Positions 30,584 through 41,919 of a stretch of 60,257 bases of DNA are shown here, piece by piece. Positions within the stretch are counted from its first letter, which is position 1; every line of letters starts with the position of its first letter. The notes beneath the pieces were generated by a model. It was given only the letters and a program-made list of their open reading frames with translations, was not told the origin of the DNA and searched no databases. The position numbers and the translations under genes were made by a program. The DNA comes from an uncultured Methanosarcinales archaeon (GTDB taxonomy: Archaea > Nanobdellota > Nanobdellia > Woesearchaeales > B54-G15), in NCBI GenBank assembly GCA_964519225.1, contig CAZFJK010000004.1, forward strand, positions 1-60,257, given 5' to 3'.

Positions 30584-30638
30584 TTGTTCTAATAAATCGA
30601 AACATTTATATAAAAATTGTTCTTACTTATTAGAACAA
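30584..30638 (+). promoter_or_regulatory. TATA box flanked by inverted repeats upstream of the AAA+ gene
   Basis: TTGTTCTAATAA ... TTTATATAAA ... TTGTTCT-N8-AGAACAA, ending at the ATG 30638. Confidence 0.6.
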
Positions 30639-31921
30639 TGATAGGAACACTTAGCGAATGGAATATGTGGTGGCAAAAAGGAAAAGTAGATGTAGAACTC
30701 TTAGGAAAAAAAAGACTGATTCTCAACGAACTTAAAAACACACTTTCGTTTAAAGAAATGAAGCTTTTGATTGGAATTAGACGAAGTGGAAAGTCAACAC
30801 TTTTTTATCAATTAATAGATTACCTATTAAAGTCTGGTGTTGAACCGAAACGTATATTATTAATAAACTTTGAAGACGATTTGCTATCAAAAAAAAGTTT
30901 AAAGGAGATTTTTGATGTTTACCAATCCAACATTAATCCCAACACCAAACCATTCTTGTTTCTCGATGAGGTACACAGATGTTCTGAATGGAGTCTATTT
31001 CTCAAAAAACTTTATGACTTAAAAAAGGTTAATCAAATATTTATCACCGATTCTTCTTCGAAATTCATCAAAAAAGAATACGCAAAAGTCCTAACTGGAA
31101 GGAATGTAAAAATTACTATTTTTCCATTATCTTTCAAAGAATTTGTAAATTGGAAAATTGAAAAATTGAAACAACCCTTAACAAGCGGGAATATAAATAG
31201 ACTGAAAAAAGAACTAAACGACTACGTTAAATGGGGCGGATTTCCTGAAGTATTTTTCAAAACATCCAGCGGAATGAAGAAAAAGATTCTTACAGAATAT
31301 TTTAGTGATATTATCGACAAAGATATAATTGAACGATACAATGTGAATTATTCCAAAATAAAACCTTTAGCGGATTTTTTGCTTGCAAATATTGGTTCAC
31401 TATTCAGCCCCAGAAAATATTCACGAGTTTTCGGACTATCGCTAGAAAGTATTGATACATATTTGCATTATCTTCAGGAAGTGATGCTTTTCTTCATGGT
31501 TCCGCGTTTCTCTTATTCGATCAGGACACAGCAACTTAGTCCAAAAAAGGTTTATGCTTGCGATCCGGGACTGTTGAATAATGTTGGTTTCAAATTCAGC
31601 GAGAACAGGGGAAGAGTATATGAAAATATTGTTTTCATAGAATTAAAAAGACAGGGAAAAGAAGTTTATTATTGGAAAGGCCGCTACGAGTGTGATTTTG
31701 TGATAAAAGAAGGACTTAAAATAAAGTCTGCAATTCAAGTATGTTCCGATCTTACACACGAAAATAAAGAAAGAGAAATAAACGGACTTATTGAGGCACT
31801 AAATACGTTTAAATTAAAAACAGGTATTATAATTACTGAAAACCACAAAGAAACTTCAAAAATAAATGGTAAAAAAATTATATTCATTCCCCTCTGGAAA
31901 TGGTTGTTAAAATTGTTCTAA
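30638..31921 (+). CDS. AAA_14-type ATPase with DUF4143/PD-(D/E)xK C-terminus
   Basis: GIRRSGKS, FLDEVH, LTGR, GGFPE, KKVYACDPG, YEN and ECDF...IQV. Confidence 0.92.
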   Translation: MIGTLSEWNMWWQKGKVDVELLGKKRLILNELKNTLSFKEMKLLIGIRRSGKSTLFYQLIDYLLKSGVEPKRILLINFEDDLLSKKSLKEIFDVYQSNINPNTKPFLFLDEVHRCSEWSLFLKKLYDLKKVNQIFITDSSSKFIKKEYAKVLTGRNVKITIFPLSFKEFVNWKIEKLKQPLTSGNINRLKKELNDYVKWGGFPEVFFKTSSGMKKKILTEYFSDIIDKDIIERYNVNYSKIKPLADFLLANIGSLFSPRKYSRVFGLSLESIDTYLHYLQEVMLFFMVPRFSYSIRTQQLSPKKVYACDPGLLNNVGFKFSENRGRVYENIVFIELKRQGKEVYYWKGRYECDFVIKEGLKIKSAIQVCSDLTHENKEREINGLIEALNTFKLKTGIIITENHKETSKINGKKIIFIPLWKWLLKLF

Positions 31922-31934
31922 TAAATCGAAACAT

Positions 31935-32612
31935 TTATTCATCATTCTGCATCAGCATTCCTTGTTTTTTCTCTTCCAACCATCTTCTAAGCCAGTGCTT
32001 GAAACTTTCCTTATCAATATCCTTTATATCGTGCTCAAGAAGAAAACGATTAATCACTCTGGTTTCGAATATAGTTCTCCACGAATATTTGTTCTCAAAC
32101 AGAGCCCTGACCGCAAGCCCAATCTGAAAGATCTTATATTGAAAGAGTAATTCCCTAAGTTCATCATCATGCAATTCCTTTTCCCAATCTTCAACGCGCG
32201 CTTTAAATTGCCTGTAAAAATAAATATCCTCAATCATGGCGCAATAATTGCTTGACAGAATTCTACGGATGCCATCATCAAGCATTTCTAAATTCCTTTC
32301 CATAACCAGCATTTTTTCTTTTGAAGTCATTTCCCGAGGAAATGTAAATAGGTTTGGCTCTTCTTTGTCCTTATCGCATTTGAATTTAACATAGAAAAAA
32401 TCAAGCATAACCCTTTCTGCTTCATCAACATTTTCAAGTGCTTTTTCTAGTTCAGAAACACCAACTTGAATCGCAGCAGTCTTAGCCTTGGGTTCAACTC
32501 TATTACAAATATATTTCTCTTTCTCTCCGCTTAAACATCCAGCCAGCACTAACAATGAAAGATATTTACTTGCATATCGTCCTGCTTTCTTTATAAAATT
32601 TAAAATCGCCAA
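31935..32612 (-). CDS. Hypothetical putative lipoprotein
   Basis: KKAGRYASKYLSLLVLAGC lipobox. Start placed at TTG 32612 after AGGTG (the track starts at 32684). Confidence 0.6.
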   Translation of the reverse strand: MAILNFIKKAGRYASKYLSLLVLAGCLSGEKEKYICNRVEPKAKTAAIQVGVSELEKALENVDEAERVMLDFFYVKFKCDKDKEEPNLFTFPREMTSKEKMLVMERNLEMLDDGIRRILSSNYCAMIEDIYFYRQFKARVEDWEKELHDDELRELLFQYKIFQIGLAVRALFENKYSWRTIFETRVINRFLLEHDIKDIDKESFKHWLRRWLEEKKQGMLMQNDE

Positions 32613-33300
32613 TTTTACCACACCTTTCCATTTTTCTTGCCCATTTCGGCGGCCTATTTCCACTAAAATAATGCGTTGCTCCATTCGTCGGATCTTTTAC
32701 CAAATTGTGCAAAACAGCATAAGCGACAGCCAAGCATTTCGCAAAAATTTCTGGCTTCTCATACTTCAGTGGACCTTTCAATTTCTCCTTATTCGGATCG
32801 TTTTTATTAAAACAACTGTATTGTCTTGGCTTTAGCAAAACTCCTCCTAAACTTTCTCCATACCATCCACCAATCCTCATTCTGTTTACAGCTGTATAAG
32901 CAACACCAACCATAGCTTCAAGCGGCTGATTTCTTGCTTCACCAAAAACCATTCTTGCAAGCAACATTAAATCACTATCATGCTTAAAATTATCATTATA
33001 TCCATACTCTGGATTTATCCTTCCACTTTTTAATTCACAAGCATACTTATCAATCAATTGTTCAAGCAGGTTCTCTTTCTTATTTGCCTTTTCCATATCT
33101 GTTCTGTTTATCTTCTTGTTTCCTGTAGAATTCACATATCGTACAACAGGATTAACTTTATTAAGCTTATCTAATTTATCCAACGACTCGCTACGACCTT
33201 GATAAGCTCCAAAGAGCCAAAATCCTGCTGCCAAAGCTGCAAAAGTCAAAGCCGCGTCTTTCAAGACTCCAGCATAACTAAAAAATTTCTTCAAGCCCAT
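32566..33300 (-). CDS. SleB/Hydrolase_2-family cell-wall (peptidoglycan) hydrolase with N-terminal membrane anchor
   Basis: LARMVFGEARNQ (catalytic Glu), VAYTAVNR, PRQYSCFN and DPTNGATHYF. Confidence 0.88.
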   Translation of the reverse strand: MGLKKFFSYAGVLKDAALTFAALAAGFWLFGAYQGRSESLDKLDKLNKVNPVVRYVNSTGNKKINRTDMEKANKKENLLEQLIDKYACELKSGRINPEYGYNDNFKHDSDLMLLARMVFGEARNQPLEAMVGVAYTAVNRMRIGGWYGESLGGVLLKPRQYSCFNKNDPNKEKLKGPLKYEKPEIFAKCLAVAYAVLHNLVKDPTNGATHYFSGNRPPKWARKMERCGKIGDFKFYKESRTICK

Positions 33301-33368
33301 ACCAAAGAAGGAGCAAAAAATAGTTTATAAAACTTTCTATTTATACCACTAAAAAGTAATGAATATTC

Positions 33369-35294
<1,926 letters not shown>

Positions 35295-35500
35295 TCAAAA
35301 GAAAATTTTTCGTCTAAAAAACCCTAAAAATTAAAGAGAAGTAGGGTTTATAAAATTAACTAAGGATCCACGGGCAGGATCAACTTAAAATTTATTAATA
35401 ACTTTTTTTTGTATTCCATTACAAAAAATGAATCTCCATGTTTGGAAAAGAGACATACTCAAAAAATTTGTATATCGTGACTTTATGAATTAAGAATAAA

Positions 35501-36163
35501 ATGAACGAAGAAGAATTATTGGAATATAAGAAAAAAATAGAAATGGCACGTTCAAATCTATCGGTTAGAAAGAAGATTAGCCTAGATGCAGCCCTAACCA
35601 AAATTTTAGAAGAATATTTTGGAATATATGAAATATGGCCTGAAAATTTGCAAAAAGACCCCACAATTATTATAATTGGTCTTTTATCAAAAGAAGACGA
35701 ACAGAAAACAGTGGATTGTATACGAGAATTGTATGAGAGAAGAATTATTTTTCCAGATAGAGATATAATATGCGCAAACTCGTATGATAATAGAATTCAT
35801 CTTTTTTGTGGTGAACATGGAAGCGTACTTACTGAGTACATTAGAACAGATCCTAAGGGAATGCCTGATAGCATGCCGAATTCTCCTCTTTTGAATATCC
35901 CAAATATGATCAATAACCCCATCAAACTTAGTAATGTAAAAAATAGAGAAATACATGGATTAGAAGAAATGATCATCCATACGCGAAGAGATGCAGATAC
36001 GCTCATAGATAAACATAGGCCTACCATTCAACAAAGGCCCCCGTTTTCGAAGGAGGCAAAATTAATTTACATTTGCAATTTTGACATACTTGCTCTTGGG
36101 ATCATACAAAAAGCAGCTAAGGATGTTCCTTATAGCTACTTGTCACTGATTCGACATCGTTGA
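35501..36163 (+). CDS. Hypothetical protein, divergent paralog of 38314-38856
   Basis: Shares IIGL..EDE.K, SYDNRI..F, SP.L.I, IY and PYSY motifs. Confidence 0.75.
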   Translation: MNEEELLEYKKKIEMARSNLSVRKKISLDAALTKILEEYFGIYEIWPENLQKDPTIIIIGLLSKEDEQKTVDCIRELYERRIIFPDRDIICANSYDNRIHLFCGEHGSVLTEYIRTDPKGMPDSMPNSPLLNIPNMINNPIKLSNVKNREIHGLEEMIIHTRRDADTLIDKHRPTIQQRPPFSKEAKLIYICNFDILALGIIQKAAKDVPYSYLSLIRHR

Positions 36164-36332
36164 GTTTTCTAGGAAACTGCTAAAGGCCACCGGGCTCCAA
36201 CTCTTGCGATATTTTTCTTACGTGAGGATTTGTAGCCAAGAATTCAAATTCAAAAACTCAACTAATAATTTTTACCATTAAACAGTCATAAAAAAGAAAA
36301 AATTTAAATATTATAAAAAAGCCCTTTTTTTA

Positions 36333-37121
36333 ATGGAAATCAAAACAAAACTATGCGTTTGTGAATCAGGAATTGAATTGCGATTAATTGATGTTAAAAT
36401 AGAAGAAGATATTCCGCCTTTATTAATGCGAATCAAAAGACAAAAACTATATTCAAGTTCAAATAAACCGATACCTCCTTACAATTGTGGTATAATTTTC
36501 ATCGGCGACGATGATGAACAAAGTAGAAAAGAAATAGAAAACATTTTAAGAGAAAATTACTCAAGTTATAAGAAAATCTTCTATAAAAAAGATTTACCTA
36601 AAATACCCTATTTTGAAGATTCTTCAGATCGTTCTTTAACACAATACATTCATACTTTAGCGGAGGAAATAGCTGGATTCATAAATGCAAAGTTCCAAGC
36701 AAAACCAACAGAAGGTCAAGCATATATTTGGCATATTAAAGATTCAAGGTTATGTCAAGTAGTCAGTGAAATAGTTCGATCAATTGTAGACTCGCAAAAC
36801 CTGATTAATTTTGCCATTTATCATGTATTGAGCGGAGAGGAACAAAAACTCCACGAACAAAAAAATTTGTTAGAAAGCGCGTGCATTAAAGTAGGTGAAG
36901 TAGAAAATCTCTCCGAAGAGCACAAAAGCAAAGTTGTTAAAGTATTATACAAAACATACTTGAAAACGCTACGCTTTCCAATCAGAGAAGCTCTACAAGT
37001 TACAAGAGAAAATGTCAATCATATTAAAGCGTACTTAGAAGAAATTGAAAGAACACACGAACTCCAAGAAAGAGATCGTAAAAAACTTAGAAACATCATT
37101 CAAACGTTAAGTCAGATATAA
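36333..37121 (+). CDS. Hypothetical protein
   Basis: 262-aa ATG ORF with no recognised motif. Confidence 0.75.
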   Translation: MEIKTKLCVCESGIELRLIDVKIEEDIPPLLMRIKRQKLYSSSNKPIPPYNCGIIFIGDDDEQSRKEIENILRENYSSYKKIFYKKDLPKIPYFEDSSDRSLTQYIHTLAEEIAGFINAKFQAKPTEGQAYIWHIKDSRLCQVVSEIVRSIVDSQNLINFAIYHVLSGEEQKLHEQKNLLESACIKVGEVENLSEEHKSKVVKVLYKTYLKTLRFPIREALQVTRENVNHIKAYLEEIERTHELQERDRKKLRNIIQTLSQI

Positions 37122-37264
37122 ACCATTGAGAAAAGAGCTTTCATAAATCCCTAAAAGTTAAAAATTGTATTTTGCTGTTTCCAGTGTTAATACTTTTGCG
37201 CCCATCAAATTGACAGCGTCTGGTTAAGAAAATTTTTTATATATAATCCTCAAGTACATAACAT

Positions 37265-37855
37265 ATGGACGATATCAAAAGAGCACTTAAGAAGCCATTT
37301 ACAAATATCGGTTATTGGATTCTTGCTTCTTTGTTTTCTGCAATTCCAGTAATCAATTTTTTTAGCAGTGGTTATTTAAAAGCTGTGATTAAATCTTCAT
37401 TCAAAAAACAAGCAAAACTCCCTTCTTGGAACTGGAGCATACTTTTCAAAGATGGATTTTTTATGTTCTTAATCTCGCTTGTATGGTTGTTACCCCCCAC
37501 CATCCTCTTTATCTTAGGTTTGATAATGGAATACACCCCGCTCATCTTATCAAGCGTGCTCATCGGTGTACTTACAATGTATCTCCTACCAGCAGCTATT
37601 TGCGAATATGCTTATTCAGACAAATTTTCAAATGTGTTCATTTTTTCAAAAATCTTCAAAAAAACATTTAATTCAAGATACCTTAACAGGTTTTTGCTCG
37701 GATTCGTGCTTATGATTCCTTACCTCATAATCGGGTTTTTTCCGTTTGGATTAAAATCGCTCTCTGTGATCGGCATAATAATTTCCATCCCCTTTCATTT
37801 CGCTGCGACCATTGTATTTTATTCTTTCTTAGCAGAAAAATACATTTCTCTCTAA
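37265..37855 (+). CDS. DUF4013-like integral membrane protein
   Basis: ALKKPF...IPVINFFSSGY...LPSW...LFKDG plus several hydrophobic helices. Confidence 0.78.
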   Translation: MDDIKRALKKPFTNIGYWILASLFSAIPVINFFSSGYLKAVIKSSFKKQAKLPSWNWSILFKDGFFMFLISLVWLLPPTILFILGLIMEYTPLILSSVLIGVLTMYLLPAAICEYAYSDKFSNVFIFSKIFKKTFNSRYLNRFLLGFVLMIPYLIIGFFPFGLKSLSVIGIIISIPFHFAATIVFYSFLAEKYISL

Positions 37856-37871
37856 ACGATCGTTTTTTAGG

Positions 37872-38183
37872 CTAATCTTCTCCCAAATAATAAACGAAAG
37901 AGCGAGGATGAGGACATAAATGATAGCACTTATCTTGTTCGCATTTTTTTACAAAGGATTGCAATATTCGTCTAACGTTCAAAAGATAATAAGTAAACAT
38001 ATTTGGAACGCGATGCAAAACAATGACTCTTTTTCTTTTCTTGCGCGGTAGAATCTCAAAAAAGAACTGATTATACCCATCTAAAAACGCGATGCATTGC
38101 TTCAAACATTTTTTTCTCAATTCATCTTCTCCAGCAGGACTAATTTTGGGAAATTTATATTCCACTATCTCTACTTTATTCAA
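37872..38183 (-). CDS. Hypothetical protein
   Basis: 103-aa ORF; GAAGGA precedes a TTG start. Confidence 0.55.
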   Translation of the reverse strand: MNKVEIVEYKFPKISPAGEDELRKKCLKQCIAFLDGYNQFFFEILPRKKRKRVIVLHRVPNMFTYYLLNVRRILQSFVKKCEQDKCYHLCPHPRSFVYYLGED

Positions 38184-38313
38184 GCGTCCTTCAGCTCGTC
38201 CATCTTAAAAAGAAATCTAATTTCTAAATATAAAAATTTTCCGATGATTTCACTACTTTTTAATAACAAAAATAGAAAGATTTATAAAGTCTGTTATCTT
38301 TATCTCAGATAAA

Positions 38314-38856
38314 ATGAAAATAGAACAATTAAAAGAGTTAATGGGGGTACTTTTAAGTAAAGGGTTTGCTGTCAAAGAACATTCTTATCTTTCCCATCAA
38401 TTTTACGAAGACAAGGGATTAGAAATCTTAATTGTTGGCTTAACAGACTGGGAAGACGAAAAAAAAGTTGCAGAAGCTATAAAAAAAGCAAACATACCTA
38501 AAGAAAACCTGTACATAGTATTAAGATCTTTCGACAATCGAATCAGAGCTTTTGGTGGTAGGGCTAAAATCCAAAACAAAATTCGCTATAAAGGATGGAC
38601 AGAAGAATACTTTGATACTTCTAGGTTATCTTGCTCGCCATTTTTAGATATACTAAGAACACTTGGATATGATGTAGTTAATGAAAGTCATCCTCCCCCA
38701 CAAAACATTGAAACAGATTTTCAAATGTTACCAGAAACAATTAGGTTACGGCGCTACAAACATATAATCTACGCAGGTCCTGCAAAGCTAATCGAAAAAT
38801 CACTTCACATTTTAAGGGACGCTGGGATTCCTTATACATATTTTAATTCAACTTAA
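38314..38856 (+). CDS. Hypothetical protein (unknown domain, first gene of a 4-gene operon)
   Basis: TTTATAAA at 38281. Closely similar to the C-terminal half of 39813-41009 (FYEDKGLE.LI.GLT, SPFL, YKHIIY.G, GIPYTY). Confidence 0.82.
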   Translation: MKIEQLKELMGVLLSKGFAVKEHSYLSHQFYEDKGLEILIVGLTDWEDEKKVAEAIKKANIPKENLYIVLRSFDNRIRAFGGRAKIQNKIRYKGWTEEYFDTSRLSCSPFLDILRTLGYDVVNESHPPPQNIETDFQMLPETIRLRRYKHIIYAGPAKLIEKSLHILRDAGIPYTYFNST

Positions 38857-38870
38857 GGTGGTGTCTGAGA

Positions 38871-39800
38871 ATGAAGAAAGAAAAATATTTAGGTTGTATT
38901 TTCGGCTTAGCTATTGGAGATGCATTAGGTTATCCTGTGGAATTCAAATTATCAAACGAAGAAGTTGAGAGGATTTTGAGAGAGAACCATCCCTTTTCTC
39001 AGAAAAAAGCGCTTTTTAGCGATGACACCCAAATGACGCTCGCAATAGCTAAAGCATTAATTAAGTCAGCCAAAAGCAACCATTTTTGTGATCTAGAAAA
39101 TATCATGAAAAATATAACTGATGAATTCGTCAAATGGTACAAAAGCAATGAAAACAATCGCGCTCCTGGACGAACTTGCCTGGAAGGTTGTAGTAAACTA
39201 GCCTCAGGAATACATTGGAAAAACTCAGGAAATCCAAATTCAAAAGGTTGCGGTTCAGCTATGAGAACAGCACCAATAGGTCTTATTTATGCAAATGATT
39301 TAGAAATGCTCAAAAAAGTAGCTACTGCTTCATCTATAGCAACCCATGCTCATCCAACAGCAATAGCTGGATCTATTGCAACAGCGTATCTAGTAGCTTT
39401 GGCATTGAAGGGCACGCATCCAGAAGAAATGATTCAATCACTTATCAAATTTACTGAAGGAATAAGTAGTGAATTTACTTTGAAAATTCATCAGCTCAAA
39501 AAACTCCTGCCAAAAGAGCCTGAAGAGGCATTTAAATACATAGGGCCTGGCTGGGTTGCAGAAGAAGCTGTAGCCGGAGCGCTTTACTCGTTCATGAAAA
39601 ACCCAAATGATTTTCAAAATACAGTATCAACAGCAGTTAAACACCCTGGTGACAGAGATTCTGTCGCTTGCATAGCAGGCGCTATAAGCGGAGCATACAA
39701 TGGAATCAACGCAGTACCTGAAGAATGGAGAAGTAGGATAGAGAAAAAGGAGACTTTAGAATCAATTGCAAGACAATTATACAACATTCATAAATTTTAA
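38871..39800 (+). CDS. ADP-ribosylglycohydrolase (ARH/DraG family)
   Basis: GLAIGDALG, SDDTQM, GCGSAMRTAP, ATH and GDRDS..IAGA. Confidence 0.94.
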   Translation: MKKEKYLGCIFGLAIGDALGYPVEFKLSNEEVERILRENHPFSQKKALFSDDTQMTLAIAKALIKSAKSNHFCDLENIMKNITDEFVKWYKSNENNRAPGRTCLEGCSKLASGIHWKNSGNPNSKGCGSAMRTAPIGLIYANDLEMLKKVATASSIATHAHPTAIAGSIATAYLVALALKGTHPEEMIQSLIKFTEGISSEFTLKIHQLKKLLPKEPEEAFKYIGPGWVAEEAVAGALYSFMKNPNDFQNTVSTAVKHPGDRDSVACIAGAISGAYNGINAVPEEWRSRIEKKETLESIARQLYNIHKF

Positions 39801-39812
39801 TGTTGTAAAAAA

Positions 39813-41009
39813 ATGAAAATCATGAAAATCGATATGCATGTACATTCAAAACTTGGAGGAGATTGCTCTGCCGAGCCGCATAAAATAATTGAATCTGCAC
39901 GTGCTTGCGGACTGGATGCTATTTGCATTACAGAGCATCATAGTCATTTAGCTAGCGAACCTTTTGAACGTATAGCAGAGAAAGAAGGATTCTTAGTACT
40001 CCGTGGCGCAGAATATCATAGTCGTGATGGTCACCTACTTATATTCGGTGTAAAGGATGATAGATTCAATAAAGGATATTATCTTCCTGCACAGCAGATT
40101 ATAGATTACGTACTTTCCGAAGGAGGCATAGTAATCCCAGCTCATCCTTTTAAGAAAGGATATCGGTTTACTATGGGAAACAAAATATTCCAGTTAAAAG
40201 GTTTAGTCGCTGTTGAAACATTAAACGGAAAAACCCTGCCAAAGCAAAACTTCGAAGCAGAACTCGCAAGACGAAAGTTGGGTTTATTTGCAACTGGAGG
40301 AAGTGATGCGCACACGCATCATGATGTAGGAAAGGTGTATACTGTTTTCCGCCACGAAATAAGAACTATAGAAGATTTAGTTGAAGCGTTACGGCAAGGT
40401 AATTATTATCCGATTCAAATTACTCCAAATAATTCCTTGAAAAAGGAAATAGAATCATTAAAAGGATTAATGAATCTGCTTCAAAATAAAGGATTCTCTA
40501 TTGAAAAACAATATTCGCATCCTACTTTCCACTTTTACGAAGACAAAGGATTAGAAGTTTTAATTATCGGCCTAACCAGTCAGGCAGATGAAGAAAAGAT
40601 TGCAACATGCTTAGAAGAAGCTAATGAAAAAAACCTTATTTCCAAAAGAGATATGCTCCTTATTCTTAGATCCCACAACGATAACATCTGCGCTTTTGGA
40701 GTTAGAGCACCAGAAGAAGAGAATACCCGCTATGAATCATTTGTAGAAGAGCATTTCGATAGCTCTGGAATAACATATTCTCCTTTTCTGAATGTGCTGG
40801 AAAGAATTGGATATAAACCTTCCTCAAACGCAAGCGTTGTCTTTCCAAGCAGTATTAAGATACATTTCAGGGCATTGCCAGAAAATATCGCATGGCGTTT
40901 TTATAAACACATAATTTACGTAGGTAATGAGGAAAGAATTAGAAATGCGCTTCATGTACTTGAAGAGTTTGGAATTCCTTACACATACCTAACTCATAAA
41001 AATCACTAA
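39813..41009 (+). CDS. PHP-family phosphoesterase fused to the unknown repeated domain
   Basis: IDMHVHS, ITEH, AEY..H, AHP and GGSDAH; the C-terminal ~190 aa are paralogous to 38314-38856. Confidence 0.9.
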   Translation: MKIMKIDMHVHSKLGGDCSAEPHKIIESARACGLDAICITEHHSHLASEPFERIAEKEGFLVLRGAEYHSRDGHLLIFGVKDDRFNKGYYLPAQQIIDYVLSEGGIVIPAHPFKKGYRFTMGNKIFQLKGLVAVETLNGKTLPKQNFEAELARRKLGLFATGGSDAHTHHDVGKVYTVFRHEIRTIEDLVEALRQGNYYPIQITPNNSLKKEIESLKGLMNLLQNKGFSIEKQYSHPTFHFYEDKGLEVLIIGLTSQADEEKIATCLEEANEKNLISKRDMLLILRSHNDNICAFGVRAPEEENTRYESFVEEHFDSSGITYSPFLNVLERIGYKPSSNASVVFPSSIKIHFRALPENIAWRFYKHIIYVGNEERIRNALHVLEEFGIPYTYLTHKNH

Positions 41010-41022
41010 AATTCAAATAAAA

Positions 41023-41919
41023 ATGAGAATCCTAGCTATTTCAGATTTGCATTACGACCAGCCCAGAAGGAAAAAAGCAGTTGAAGAACTATTCAAAAAC
41101 ATGAATAAAAATGCTGATGTGCTTATAATAGCTGGAGATGTTAGTTCTTCATTAAGCTCGCTGGAAGAATGTCTTTCAAACATTCCTCCATTTTATGGAA
41201 CTAAGCTTGCTGTTCTTGGCAACCATGAATTTTATGATCTAAATAGAAACACGCATGAGAAAATAGAAAAGGTAAAAGAAACATTCAGAAAATACAGAAT
41301 TCATTTGCTCGATGAATCTCCTGTGATGATCGAAAACATAGGATTTGTAGGCAATTGCGGTTGGTATGATTACTCTTTCTTTTTTCAAGAAGGAAAGCAT
41401 GGCTTAAATCCCAATGACTATGTTGATGTTGGCGAAGGTTTCAAAAGAGCAGATAAAGTAACGGAAAAAGAATGGAGAAAAATGTGCGAAGCAAAACAAA
41501 TAATAATTCCCAAAGGCGAACAAATATATAGATTCATTTGGAATGATGGAAGATTCATAAATAATCAACACAGTGATTTGGAACGTACATATAATTCAAT
41601 AAGATTGTTAAGAAAACATACCTTGGAATTACTAAAGCAAAACCCAGAACAAATAGTTGTAGTAACTCATCACATACCTTTTATCTCGATGTTAGAAATT
41701 CCAGAAAACAACACAAGCCGAGCTTTTGGAACAGCATTTCTTGGAAGCACAAGATTGGGAGAAGAAATAAAAAAATATAAGAAAGTAAACATTGTAATCT
41801 GCGGACATTCACATAATAGAAAAGAACAATACATAGAGATACCATACAGAAACCCCATACTTTGTTATGAAGTTTCATTAAACCCAAGAGAGCCTCAATT
41901 TACAGAGATAAAGATTTAA
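41023..41919 (+). CDS. Calcineurin-like metallophosphoesterase
   Basis: SDLH, AGD, GNHE, THH and GHSH. Confidence 0.92.
   Translation: MRILAISDLHYDQPRRKKAVEELFKNMNKNADVLIIAGDVSSSLSSLEECLSNIPPFYGTKLAVLGNHEFYDLNRNTHEKIEKVKETFRKYRIHLLDESPVMIENIGFVGNCGWYDYSFFFQEGKHGLNPNDYVDVGEGFKRADKVTEKEWRKMCEAKQIIIPKGEQIYRFIWNDGRFINNQHSDLERTYNSIRLLRKHTLELLKQNPEQIVVVTHHIPFISMLEIPENNTSRAFGTAFLGSTRLGEEIKKYKKVNIVICGHSHNRKEQYIEIPYRNPILCYEVSLNPREPQFTEIKI

Larger units (their letters stand above)
30584..31938. repeat. Perfect 26-bp direct repeat flanking the AAA+ gene (30584-30609 and 31913-31938)
   Basis: TTGTTCTAATAAATCGAAACATTTAT at both positions. Confidence 0.92.

Noticed and set aside
30584..31938. Calling the repeat-flanked AAA+ gene an IS element
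   Set aside because: It has no transposase motifs or terminal inverted repeats, so it is reported only as a direct-repeat-flanked cassette.
36161..36260. GC-richer intergenic patch bounded by TGAGTTTT/AAAACTCA, as a possible ncRNA or MITE
   Set aside because: It has only an 8-bp inverted repeat, no convincing internal structure and no second copy seen in the window.
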